Both the position numbers and the translations under genes were made by a program. A stretch of 61,541 bases of DNA from a virus. Its lineage: Duplodnaviria; Heunggongvirae; Uroviricota; Caudoviricetes. Every line of letters begins with the position of its first letter. The first letter of the stretch is position 1. The stretch spans positions 129,134 to 190,674 of the IMG/VR virus record IMGVR_UViG_3300032220_001761. One strand, given 5' to 3'. Positions 8,981-18,260 of this stretch are shown here, one piece after another. The notes below the pieces were generated by a model. The model saw only the letters and a list, made by a program, of their open reading frames with translations. It was not told where the DNA came from and searched no databases.

Positions 8981-9235
8981 TTATTTATTATCTTCTAGCA
9001 TCCTCCAAAACAAAGAAGCCTCGCTAAGTAATATCCATATTGCCATATCGGTGTACCCGTTATCAGTTACATCAGTTTGTCGAAATGCTTTATGAAACCA
9101 ATATCCAGTGGGATCTTCTTCAATCAAACCAGTAATATGTTTCTCGTTTGCTTTTAATAAGTTCCACAAAGCACGTTCTTTATCGAATTCTTTTGTTATC
9201 TTATCTTATTTTTCTAACAATTCAGTTGTTGTCAT
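8981..9235 (-). pseudogene. small ORF with an in-frame TAA at codon 10
   Basis: ATG at 9235 gives MTTTELLEK*DKITKEFDKERALWNLL..., in frame with track ORF 8981..9169. Confidence 0.55.
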
Positions 9236-9249
9236 ATTTTATTTTATAG

Positions 9250-9446
9250 TAGCCAGGACAGGATTCGAACCTATATGAGATGAGGAGTCAACTTAACTAT
9301 CTCCTACGTTTCCCTCGCACATTTCTACGGACTCTTCTGAGTCGGGCATCTCTAGCCTAGATAACTTAGCGTCTACCGTTTAATTGGCTGGGGATTGTCT
9401 CCCCTACAGCGTCGATCTCAGCACCAATTAATTCCGCCACCTGACT
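9250..9446 (-). ncRNA. tRNA-like RNA (Leu-type D-arm and canonical T-arm) with two large structured insertions, no clear anticodon
   Basis: Acceptor AGTCAGG/CCTGGCT; T-arm ATAGG-TTCGAAT-CCTGT; D-arm GCG-GAA..GGTAGA-CGC split by a 52-nt hairpin; GAGATG/CATCTC-closed multibranch; no encoded CCA. Confidence 0.7.
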
Positions 9447-9455
9447 AAGATCTTT

Positions 9456-9797
9456 TTATAGACCTTTGAATACATTAAACACTTCCGAGATAGGAGTAGC
9501 GTTATTGAATACGTGGATCGTATCACCGTTCATAGTACGATCTCTCAATTCGATACTGATTGTCGAGTGATTGTAGTACATCGCGTATCTGTTTTTAGAA
9601 GAATGGAACCATAGGATATTCCCCATTCCACCGTCTTTTACAGACTTAACTTCGATGTCGCCTTCTGATTTCCAGATGACTGCTCCCATTAGGGCAAGAC
9701 AAATTTCTTGGACTCCTTGAGCGTGATGATCTGCACGGTCTAATACACCGTTGAAGTAATCTTTCAGCAATTCAGCTGAGGTCATTGTTACTGCCAT
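9456..9797 (-). CDS. integron cassette protein VCH_CASS14-like
   Basis: GVLDRADHHAQGVQEICLALMGAVIW, YAMYYNH and IHVFNNATP match the recalled family pattern. Confidence 0.75.
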   Translation of the reverse strand: MAVTMTSAELLKDYFNGVLDRADHHAQGVQEICLALMGAVIWKSEGDIEVKSVKDGGMGNILWFHSSKNRYAMYYNHSTISIELRDRTMNGDTIHVFNNATPISEVFNVFKGL

Positions 9798-9893
9798 AGA
9801 TTTTATTTTTTATTAATATACTAAACCAAATATAAGAATTCAAATCAAGATAAAAAAATATTTCTATAGAAAAATCCATAAAAAAATGTTTTC

Positions 9894-10490
9894 TTAAACT
9901 TTTTTCAAAATATTGTAAATGGTAGCTGTTGAGCATTCGTATATCCTGGAGATCTCCGTTACACTTACTCCCCACTTTTTCATCTTAGCTATACGCTTCA
10001 TGTTTTTCTTATCCCATGCTTTACTCCTGAGACTATCATAATACCCAACCTTTTCGTTATGGGCTTTTAGAGTGAGAGCATTCTCTGGATACCTCTCAAG
10101 ATTTGTTTTAGAATTCTGTGAAGCTGTTATCCATTTAAGATTTGATGCTCTATTATCCTCATAGTTATTATTGATATGAGTTACGTAGATGTGTTCGGGA
10201 CTTGGTCTTTTAATAAATGCCTCAGCTACGAGTTTGTGCACATAGGCAGTTTTGTTTTGACTTGAGATCTCATCAGAATAAAGAGAGACAAATAAATGTG
10301 GATATTTTCCTCTTCGGGATTTAACTATCCTAGGAGATTTCCTGTAGGTGTATCGGTTGTTGTTACCACCCCTAGTAACCAATCTTCCTTTGGTCCTTAA
10401 TCTTCCTAAATTACTAACTTCGTAATAATCTTTGAAATCTGGATGATTTACATCTTTCCATATTTCTTCTGGTTGCTTTCTATTGAGCAT
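9894..10490 (-). CDS. NUMOD4-HNH homing endonuclease with C-terminal HTH
   Basis: EEIWKDV..YEVSNLGR (NUMOD4); VHKLVAEAFI..VTHINNNYEDNRASNLKW (HNH); start placed at ATG 10490 downstream of the promoter motif. Confidence 0.85.
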   Translation of the reverse strand: MLNRKQPEEIWKDVNHPDFKDYYEVSNLGRLRTKGRLVTRGGNNNRYTYRKSPRIVKSRRGKYPHLFVSLYSDEISSQNKTAYVHKLVAEAFIKRPSPEHIYVTHINNNYEDNRASNLKWITASQNSKTNLERYPENALTLKAHNEKVGYYDSLRSKAWDKKNMKRIAKMKKWGVSVTEISRIYECSTATIYNILKKV

Positions 10491-10571
10491 GACGATTTTA
10501 TTTTGTCGCAATAATAGAAAAATCTATCATAATAAAAAAATTTTCCCGGTTTTTATTCGGATATATAAAGA

Positions 10572-11015
10572 ATGAAATTCGCAGACAGTAAAGACATCAA
10601 AAGAGCACAGGATCTCGGCAAGCACTCAGGTGCAGTAAACTCATCTCAAATGGAGATTGCCAGAGGTAAAGCTTCTTCTATGGCTCAAGCCATTACAGAT
10701 AGAAGAAAGATTCTTGGTAGATTAGAAGCTGTTGCCAGTGTATGGAATGACTATAGAGTACTCGAGCCTTTTATGGAAAAGTGTATCTATCTTTGGCCGA
10801 ATTCACAATATTCGACAGCTTTTAATGAGGGGAATAATCAAGGGATCTATTTAAAAACAGCATTAAGATCAATGGGGATTCCTAGAGACTTCCTTCTTAA
10901 TAAATGTCTGATTAATGATGAGACCGGTACATTTATTACTGGTCAGCCTTACGAGTTTGACGAAGTAGCAAGAATAATTTTTAATACGAACCTTAAGAGA
11001 AAACTTAATTGGTAA
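10572..11015 (+). CDS. hypothetical protein
   Basis: 147-aa ORF; GATATATA at 10560. Confidence 0.7.
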   Translation: MKFADSKDIKRAQDLGKHSGAVNSSQMEIARGKASSMAQAITDRRKILGRLEAVASVWNDYRVLEPFMEKCIYLWPNSQYSTAFNEGNNQGIYLKTALRSMGIPRDFLLNKCLINDETGTFITGQPYEFDEVARIIFNTNLKRKLNW

Positions 11016-11036
11016 TCAAGCACATCAGCCCACTGA

Positions 11037-11375
11037 ATGAATAAAAAGAATATCCTATTATCAGGCATTGGACTCGAGATTTACTATGAAAATCTTGGTG
11101 ATACTAATGAGTGGACTTATCCAGAAGCATTATACCAGCTTAAGTTTCTAGAAGGTGACGGGTGGAGATTTCCCACTGTCGATGAGATGAAATATATTGA
11201 TAATCTTTCTGATCTAGAAGTTGTCTATTTATATTTTGGTCAGTATTGGTGCGGTCAAAAGGATGATGGTACTTATCTTTATTACTCACTTGAGGAATTT
11301 GGAAAAAACTATAGTGCGTCTGTTTTGGATCCTCATATAGATAGAATGGTAAGACCTGTAAGAAATATACAATGA
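11037..11375 (+). CDS. DUF1566/C-type-lectin-fold-like protein
   Basis: WTYPEA...GWRFPTVDEM...YW...VRPVR. Confidence 0.65.
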   Translation: MNKKNILLSGIGLEIYYENLGDTNEWTYPEALYQLKFLEGDGWRFPTVDEMKYIDNLSDLEVVYLYFGQYWCGQKDDGTYLYYSLEEFGKNYSASVLDPHIDRMVRPVRNIQ

Positions 11376-11752
11376 TGGAAGTAGGTGATATAAAAAATTT
11401 AGGTCCTTTCTCTATAAGAAGGCCTCTACCTATATATTACAATGAAGAAGGTGACTTAGTAGCTAAGGATATCCAATTAGAAGCAGCAATGACCTATAAA
11501 GAAGCTGTTAAAGTTGCGGAAGATCATTACCCAGGATGGAGATTACCTAATGCAAAAGAATTCTCTTACATTCATTCTTTATATCAGATGGGAATAACCG
11601 GATTAAAAGATAACTACTATTGGGTTGAAACTGATCAAGGAAGAGACCAAAAGGTTTTTTTTAATCCTATGGTTAAATTTATAACACAGGCTTTTGGTAT
11701 GCTTCAAGGTGGAAATAAATTAATGGTGATTCTAATTAAAAATAATTGGTAA
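11372..11752 (+). CDS. DUF1566/C-type-lectin-fold-like protein
   Basis: MTYKEA...GWRLPNAKEF...YYW. Confidence 0.65.
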   Translation: MMEVGDIKNLGPFSIRRPLPIYYNEEGDLVAKDIQLEAAMTYKEAVKVAEDHYPGWRLPNAKEFSYIHSLYQMGITGLKDNYYWVETDQGRDQKVFFNPMVKFITQAFGMLQGGNKLMVILIKNNW

Positions 11753-11755
11753 TTT

Positions 11756-12127
11756 ATGTTGATGTCTTTAGAAGAAAGAATAGATCGTGCTAAACAGAAA
11801 ACATTTTTTGTATCTGGTTTAGGAATAGAGGTAATGGGTGAAGACATAGTTAAGGCAAGTTACGAGATTGCAAAAGAAGCAGAAAAAATTGCATCCCCTG
11901 AAGGATGGAGATTACCAAAAGCTGACGAGTGTTTTGTTTTATGGAGCATAAAGCAGTCTGGCTGTGGAAATATAAAAGATTCCTATTATTGGACAGGGGA
12001 AGAAAGAGATGCTAGTTCCTATGGAGATAAGGATAGAATGGCATTCATGTTTAAAATGGATACTCCTTTTCTAGGAACAAGAAGTAAACAAGACTTCTAT
12101 TATATCAGATTAATAAGAGACATATAA
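11756..12127 (+). CDS. DUF1566/C-type-lectin-fold-like protein
   Basis: GWRLPKADEC...YYWT...IRLIR. Confidence 0.65.
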   Translation: MLMSLEERIDRAKQKTFFVSGLGIEVMGEDIVKASYEIAKEAEKIASPEGWRLPKADECFVLWSIKQSGCGNIKDSYYWTGEERDASSYGDKDRMAFMFKMDTPFLGTRSKQDFYYIRLIRDI

Positions 12128-12174
12128 AAAGTATCCCAATCAAAAAGGATATATAAATAACATAAAATAAAAAA

Positions 12175-12738
12175 ATGGAAAATCTTGTTCCCTTCGAATC
12201 CCATGTGAGTGGATTAAAAGAAAAAAAAGAATGGATAGCAAAAGCAATCAAAGGTGGTGAAGGCAAACTAAGAGCTCAGTTAGGTCTTGATAAAGATGAG
12301 AAAGTTACTAAAACTCTTTTAGGAAAAGAGATAACCAAACTTAAATCTCAAGACACAGATCCTGATAAACCAGGAGCTCAATTGCCTCCAGCTAAAGAAA
12401 AAAAATACAAGAGATTAAATCTTGCGAAGACCTTGCTTAAGTTAAAAGAGAATCACTCTGAAATGAAAAACTATATGTTCTTTCAGAATGTGATCAATCT
12501 AATAGCTATGTGTGAGGATCTACTAGAACTAGATCCAGTGGAGGTTGATTCAATCCTTGGGGATGGGCACGATTGGGCTACCGATCATATTGCAACTTCT
12601 AAAGATGACGTTGAAGAAGTATTTAACTTCCTTAGAGCTTCAATTAAAGGTAATAAATATGCTCATGGTGAGGAAGGTGATGATACAGAAACAGAGATGG
12701 AGCCTGAATTAGTTATAACTGATAATAAAAATTGCTAA
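12175..12738 (+). CDS. hypothetical protein, probable virion-internal
   Basis: GATATATA at 12148; WIAKAIK..GKLR and GHDWATDHIATSKDD motifs. Confidence 0.7.
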   Translation: MENLVPFESHVSGLKEKKEWIAKAIKGGEGKLRAQLGLDKDEKVTKTLLGKEITKLKSQDTDPDKPGAQLPPAKEKKYKRLNLAKTLLKLKENHSEMKNYMFFQNVINLIAMCEDLLELDPVEVDSILGDGHDWATDHIATSKDDVEEVFNFLRASIKGNKYAHGEEGDDTETEMEPELVITDNKNC

Positions 12739-14664
12739 ATGATACATTTATCCCTATTTGATGACTTTACTAAAGTAGAAGAATCTTTTAATTTCGATAG
12801 TTCGCAATTATTTGAATCCAAGATCAACCAGATGTTTTCTTTGATAGAAAACAATAATATGGTTGCTTGGTCTATAGATCAATTCAAAGACTTCTTTGGT
12901 GGTAAAATATTTGAAGGACACACAGAAGAAGAAAGCAATCTCCTTTTAGAAAAAGCTTATTTCAATTATGAAATGGGTATGCTTTATGAAGCTAGATCCG
13001 AATGGTTTGATAGAGAAAAAGATCTATACGAATTTGGAAGAGGAGCTATATCATATTTAAAATCAGATAACGGATACTATTTATTATTCAAGAACGGTAA
13101 AGGATTTATGATCTCTGAGAAAAGCATGGAAATGCTTAAAAATAAAGAGAACCTAATTCTAGAGGGATGGTTTGATGATGCTTGGAACTGGGCAGGAAAT
13201 AAATTAAAGCAGGCAAAAGACTGGACACAGAAGAATGTAATAGAACCAATTAAAACTAACATTGTAGATCCTGTTGTTAATAAGACAAAGGAAATTTGGG
13301 GAATTGTATCTGATGGAGCTAGAAAAGTTTGGGAATTCTCTAAGGAGATAATATCTGCAACACTAGAATTCTTAAAGGAGAACTGGACTGATATCCTATT
13401 CTATATTTCTTTAGTTCTACAAGTGATAGCAGGGATAGTATCATTCATACCTCTTGCTGGTCAAGCTTTGGGTCCAATACTATTAATCATAGCAGGAGCA
13501 ATCCAAGTTACTACAGGAGGAGCAGACATTTACAAAGGATTTAAAATCATAAAAGAAGCTCCTTTTGAACCTGAAGAAACAGGTGCTTCTGAATTTATAA
13601 AAGGTGGAGCTAAACTTTTTAGTGGAGCTATAAGCATGCTACTAGGAATTTATGAGGTTTCAACTTCAGCTAAGGCAGCGGTACCTGCTGCGGGAGCTGT
13701 TGATGCAGCTGTTGGAGGAGCTACTAAAACGTGGGTTAAGACCACTGTTAAGTCTCTAAAAACAACCAAGTCATACGTTGCTATGTTTAAAACTGTTGTT
13801 GAATGGATTACATCAAAGATAGCTGGACTAGCAACAAAAGCAGTTTCTTCCGTTGGTGCCAAAGAGGTTGTTAAGGTGGGTACAAAAGAAACAGTCAAGG
13901 CAGTAAGTAAATTAGCAGGTAAAAAAATTGGAGAATATGCAAATAATGCAATAATACCTGTTATTTGTATGGCTGGATCATATGGGATGTCTTGGGTAAT
14001 GGAAACAATTTTAAAAGCAGCGGCAGGTGCAGGAAAGATATTTGATACAATGCTTTTAATGCCTAAAAAGTTATCCTCATCTATCGACAGTTTTCAAAAA
14101 AATCACACTGGTTCATGGATCGGTAGAACTATAGGTAGCGCATTATCAGGATTTGTAAAACCAGCAGCAGATGTTGTTGGTAAATTCGCAGAGGATAAAA
14201 TTAGACCTTTAACTAAACCAGCAACAGATTGGCTTACATCATTACCTGAGGCTAATAAATTTACTAAAGATAGAGTTGAAAAAGAGGAAAAACTTTATGC
14301 CTGTTTAACAGGAAACCCCGTACCTAATCCAGGTGAAGTTAAAACACCAGCACAAAATGTTAAAGTAACCAAGCAAGACATAGTTGCTATGGATGCTATC
14401 GATGGAAACAAAGAAACTAAATCAATTAATAAGAATTTTGCAAAGAAAGAGGGTGGATTAGATCTATGGAATAAAATTGCTTCTGTTTCCAAAGAGGGAA
14501 GAAAAAAAGCTAGGAAGGGAAGAGAAAATAGAGATGAATGGAAAAAAGCAAAAAAAGAGGTGAATAAAAAATTTAAAGATTACGATCCTAGTTTTATTTC
14601 AAAGAGTAAAGATTTTGCTTCTTTAGACCTTAAAAACATAAAAAGTCGCTACGATTTTATTTAA
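12739..14664 (+). CDS. large protein with amphipathic and transmembrane helices; candidate ejected membrane protein
   Basis: MIHLSLFDDF leader, several xxE sites, W-periodic helix, hydrophobic hairpin ILFYISLVLQVIAGIVSFIPLAGQALGPILLIIAGAI. Confidence 0.6.
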   Translation: MIHLSLFDDFTKVEESFNFDSSQLFESKINQMFSLIENNNMVAWSIDQFKDFFGGKIFEGHTEEESNLLLEKAYFNYEMGMLYEARSEWFDREKDLYEFGRGAISYLKSDNGYYLLFKNGKGFMISEKSMEMLKNKENLILEGWFDDAWNWAGNKLKQAKDWTQKNVIEPIKTNIVDPVVNKTKEIWGIVSDGARKVWEFSKEIISATLEFLKENWTDILFYISLVLQVIAGIVSFIPLAGQALGPILLIIAGAIQVTTGGADIYKGFKIIKEAPFEPEETGASEFIKGGAKLFSGAISMLLGIYEVSTSAKAAVPAAGAVDAAVGGATKTWVKTTVKSLKTTKSYVAMFKTVVEWITSKIAGLATKAVSSVGAKEVVKVGTKETVKAVSKLAGKKIGEYANNAIIPVICMAGSYGMSWVMETILKAAAGAGKIFDTMLLMPKKLSSSIDSFQKNHTGSWIGRTIGSALSGFVKPAADVVGKFAEDKIRPLTKPATDWLTSLPEANKFTKDRVEKEEKLYACLTGNPVPNPGEVKTPAQNVKVTKQDIVAMDAIDGNKETKSINKNFAKKEGGLDLWNKIASVSKEGRKKARKGRENRDEWKKAKKEVNKKFKDYDPSFISKSKDFASLDLKNIKSRYDFI

Positions 14665-14692
14665 AATAGATATATACAAATAAAAATAAGAC

Positions 14693-15520
14693 ATGCTTAA
14701 ACACATCAAATTATTTGAAAGCTTCAATCTTACAGATCAAGATATAGCAAACACCATATATGAAGAATGGAAAAGTTCATTACCAAGTGATATAATTTCT
14801 TTAATAGAGGGTAAGGTAAACGAATCTGATTATTTTGAAGAGGAATCAGAATTAACACCAGGAGAAATGAGAGCTTTAGCTAGAGAAATGCAAATCATTT
14901 CTAAGCCTCAATTAGCTGCTTTATATCTTTTTGCTTTAGGTAAAGCTGAAGATGATTCTTATAAATACATTTTAAGAATTCCAGGAATGCTAGATTTTGC
15001 AGATACGGACAATTCTGGAAATCCAACAATTACATACGCTGCTTTTGCTGATGCAATCGGGGCAGAATCTTTAACCACTGTATCTAGAACAATTAACAAA
15101 TTCAGAAATCTTATCGATGGAGTTGGTGAAACACCAGGTGAAGTAGTTTACCCTAAAGTTATCCAAGCATACGATGCTTTCAAGTCAATGAATACAGATA
15201 CTTTAGCGAGTGAGGCAGGTGAATCAATTCAAGATGCTACTTCTTCTATGAAAAATAGAGAGGCAGCTTTAGCATCTTCAGCAAAGGGTGCAGCAAGCAG
15301 AGCAGAGGAGAAAAAGAAGGCTGAAAAATTCGGAGCTGAAATCTATAGACTAATTAATCAATTAAGAGCTAATCCAAAATTCAGTGATCTTAAAAAAGCC
15401 CAGTCATTTGCAGTTAATATTATATCTAGCGATTCAAAGATCCCAACAAATAAGCTTTTAGGATATTACGAGACATACCTAAAAAGTAAAGGTATCTTTA
15501 ATAGCCTATACTATGCATGA
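14693..15520 (+). CDS. putative virion-internal protein
   Basis: MLKHIKLFESF leader; GATATATA at 14669. Confidence 0.7.
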   Translation: MLKHIKLFESFNLTDQDIANTIYEEWKSSLPSDIISLIEGKVNESDYFEEESELTPGEMRALAREMQIISKPQLAALYLFALGKAEDDSYKYILRIPGMLDFADTDNSGNPTITYAAFADAIGAESLTTVSRTINKFRNLIDGVGETPGEVVYPKVIQAYDAFKSMNTDTLASEAGESIQDATSSMKNREAALASSAKGAASRAEEKKKAEKFGAEIYRLINQLRANPKFSDLKKAQSFAVNIISSDSKIPTNKLLGYYETYLKSKGIFNSLYYA

Positions 15521-15986
15521 TAAACTGAATAGATAGATAAGACAATACATACAAAGCCACTATGGAAATAAAATAGACATAGTGGCTTTTTAGTTTTTTA
15601 AGGAAATTAGTTTTTCTAACCTCTGCCGTAGCATCTACAAAAATGTAATGTCTGTCATTATCAGTAACATGTGCAGGGTCTTCAGGAAAATGAGGATCTC
15701 CACCGTCTCTTTCTAAACACATGGCAAAATAGATTTCTTCGGATATACAAGTATCTAATACTCGATTACGCATAAGCATAATCACACCATAATCAAAACA
15801 AAATATCAGTGTGAAGATAGCATGAAGATGATACATTGGAAAGGCATATTGTAGCAAAGCAGAAATAAGAATAGTTGCCACTATAAAAGTAAGAGGACGG
15901 ACTAATGGAAGGTCGAAAATTCCCAAGACGTATCCTGTTTTTTTGTTCGAGTCTAAGTACTCCAAATAGATTTTATCTGTTGCCAT
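15498..15986 (-). CDS. membrane protein (about 3 TM)
   Basis: Hydrophobic segments; TACATTTG promoter at 16003-16010. Confidence 0.7.
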   Translation of the reverse strand: MATDKIYLEYLDSNKKTGYVLGIFDLPLVRPLTFIVATILISALLQYAFPMYHLHAIFTLIFCFDYGVIMLMRNRVLDTCISEEIYFAMCLERDGGDPHFPEDPAHVTDNDRHYIFVDATAEVRKTNFLKKLKSHYVYFISIVALYVLSYLSIQFIMHSIGY

Positions 15987-16043
15987 ATTTTTTTATTTAA
16001 TGCAAATGTAGATACTTCTACTTAATAAAAAAAATGTTTTCAT

Positions 16044-16071
16044 AAAAAAAGGTCCCGAAGGACCCTTTTTT
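16044..16071. terminator. intrinsic terminator
   Basis: A7-GGTCC-CGAA-GGACC-C-T6. Confidence 0.75.
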
Positions 16072-16092
16072 AGTAAACCTGAAGTTTTAAAA

Positions 16093-16323
16093 TTAAGCGT
16101 TAGCCCAACGGAAACCTCCAGCTGTTTGGCAAATACCTCTAACTACTTTAGAAATAGAACCAGTATTAACCCCTGTGTTAGCCGAAGCCTCACAGATAGA
16201 TTTGTACTTTTTAATTCTACGACCACGCTCAGTCATTTGGATAACTGGTGTGGTAACTCTTGATGGCTTAGCAGCCTTTTTACTTTTAGCTTTCATAGAA
16301 GCTTTTACTGTTTTTGTACTCAT
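16093..16323 (-). CDS. stand-alone NUMOD1 DNA-binding protein with basic N-tail
   Basis: PVIQ..IKKYKSICEAS..ISKVVRG..TAGGFRW. Confidence 0.75.
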   Translation of the reverse strand: MSTKTVKASMKAKSKKAAKPSRVTTPVIQMTERGRRIKKYKSICEASANTGVNTGSISKVVRGICQTAGGFRWANA

Positions 16324-16412
16324 TTTATTTTTTTTTAAGTATATTTATTATATCCAAAAACCATAGTAAAGTTTCGTTTTAAACACTTTAGAGTGAGGAT
16401 ATATATAGCAAG

Positions 16413-17228
16413 ATGAAAAGCAAGAAAAGACGTGTTAACAGCTTTAAAAACTGGCTACTAGCGAGAGATTCAGCTAGCCGTATATCAACCTATCCTAAGT
16501 ATCATAGCTTTTTGGAAAATTTAGATCCTATCGAGAGAGATAGATCACAAGTAATGGATCTATTTGATTCAATTACAGACTCTAAAACCTTCTACAAGTT
16601 TAATCAAATAGTTAATCCTGGCTTAACCAAAGACGCTAAGCAGAGGAAGATTACAATCTGGATAGCAAATAAAGACCAGCAAGGAGGTATCATAGATTTC
16701 TTAGAATGCTTTAATCCACCTTCAACAAATATGAAGACTAGCATATGGATTACACTAGATGATAATGTGAAGGAAACTGAAATAGGAATTGCTGATTACC
16801 AGAGCCCAGATTCTAGATTCATATATGCTAAGATACCTTCATCTTTTGACGACAGAAAAATAGTTGCTGAATCTAAAAAGGTAATACAATATTGGATTGA
16901 AAAAATAGACTTTTGGGAAGAAACAGCTAACAGCTTTTTTAAATGGTGGATGGAGAATTACATAATGGTTCAAGAAAAATATAGTAACTTCCTGAAGTCA
17001 TTCGAATCTGCTGTGGTTGAATGGATGAGAACTGTTTCTCCAGAGGTAGCAGAAAAAGCATACCTAATGATAGTAAACAATTCAAAGGATACAAAAATAA
17101 GGAGAAGAAGAACCAGTCTTGGTACTAAAGAAATAATAGATCATATAGATCAGGGTATAAAAGAGTTTAATATTCCTATAAGTGATGTAAAAAAAGGAAT
17201 TGGGTTATTAGGAAATTTTGGTATTTAA
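16413..17228 (+). CDS. putative virion-internal protein with C-terminal motif
   Basis: Ends KKGIGLLGNFGI; GATATATA at 16398. Confidence 0.7.
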   Translation: MKSKKRRVNSFKNWLLARDSASRISTYPKYHSFLENLDPIERDRSQVMDLFDSITDSKTFYKFNQIVNPGLTKDAKQRKITIWIANKDQQGGIIDFLECFNPPSTNMKTSIWITLDDNVKETEIGIADYQSPDSRFIYAKIPSSFDDRKIVAESKKVIQYWIEKIDFWEETANSFFKWWMENYIMVQEKYSNFLKSFESAVVEWMRTVSPEVAEKAYLMIVNNSKDTKIRRRRTSLGTKEIIDHIDQGIKEFNIPISDVKKGIGLLGNFGI

Positions 17229-18200
17229 TTTTTTATAAGAAACCTTAGCCTGTCCTATCCTGTCAAGAACAAAGAAATTAAGATCCTCTTGCCTGTAAAT
17301 TTGAAAAGGACTTTTCTTATTCTTCTTTTCGTAAATAATTATAGAATCTAGTCCACACAAAACAAAGTACTGATCAAGAGGTATAGGGGGAAGATTTCCA
17401 TAACCCATTAGATTGTTAACGTATTCAGTTAATTCCTTCTTTTGTATTCTAGTAGTTCTTGTCGGATCAATAATGTTTGCTAGTTGAACACTAAGCATAC
17501 CCCTACCTAACCAGTTTCTTAATGAGTTTCTTACCACTGAGTAGTTAACCATATCCCTTGATGCTTCCGGGCTTATTCTAAAAACCATAGTGTTCTCATC
17601 CTTTGACTCCAGCTTCCAGATCTTACTATTAAGTTCTATGTAACCCCTAGGACAAAGGAATGACTCACAGAAATGCCTAAGACCTTTCCTTATATCATTA
17701 TTGTTTATATCAGTAAGACTGTTTAAGAACCCACCTTGAACGAGTGCCTGTATTATAGTTCCAAGATCAGTAAAGAAAGAAGTTGCTTCTGTTAATCTGA
17801 AATTTTCCGCATATGATTTAATCTCTATTCTCCTATCAGATCCTCTAAAAAGAACATCTGGATATTTTTTACCACCCGAATAAGAAGCTGAAGAAATGAG
17901 AAGACACATTATCTCTCCTGGTCCCAAATAAGAGTGACTCCACTCGATGATAAAAGTAAATGTTTTGAATCCCTTTCCCTTTTTTATTAGTAGGGAATTA
18001 AGTTTTTGTATGGATTCTTCCACGGGAAGATCCTTAACAGTAATTATAAATCTCCAAAAATCAGAAAAAGATCTAGGGTTCTCCTCTATGTGTTGATTAA
18101 AAGAACTTAGAAATTTTTTGCTTATTGTCGGACTTATAGATTTACTTGAAAAATATTCATCAAAATCTCTTCGATATTTTAATAGAACACTTTGAGACAT
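17208..18200 (-). CDS. PD-(D/E)xK restriction-endonuclease-like protein
   Basis: LGPGE...YPDV...RIEIK spacing typical of the fold. Confidence 0.5.
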   Translation of the reverse strand: MSQSVLLKYRRDFDEYFSSKSISPTISKKFLSSFNQHIEENPRSFSDFWRFIITVKDLPVEESIQKLNSLLIKKGKGFKTFTFIIEWSHSYLGPGEIMCLLISSASYSGGKKYPDVLFRGSDRRIEIKSYAENFRLTEATSFFTDLGTIIQALVQGGFLNSLTDINNNDIRKGLRHFCESFLCPRGYIELNSKIWKLESKDENTMVFRISPEASRDMVNYSVVRNSLRNWLGRGMLSVQLANIIDPTRTTRIQKKELTEYVNNLMGYGNLPPIPLDQYFVLCGLDSIIIYEKKNKKSPFQIYRQEDLNFFVLDRIGQAKVSYKKLNTKIS

Positions 18201-18260
18201 CCATATATTATATCTCTAAGTATCCAAGAAGTTACGAAAAATTAGAAAGACAGATTTATC

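Noticed and set aside
9250-9446. Canonical tRNA-Leu or group I intron-containing tRNA
   Set aside because: No 7-nt anticodon loop could be placed and the inserts are too short for a group I intron; kept as a tRNA-like RNA
5100-12127. Diversity-generating retroelement
   Set aside because: No reverse transcriptase and no template/variable repeat pair with adenine-specific differences seen in the window
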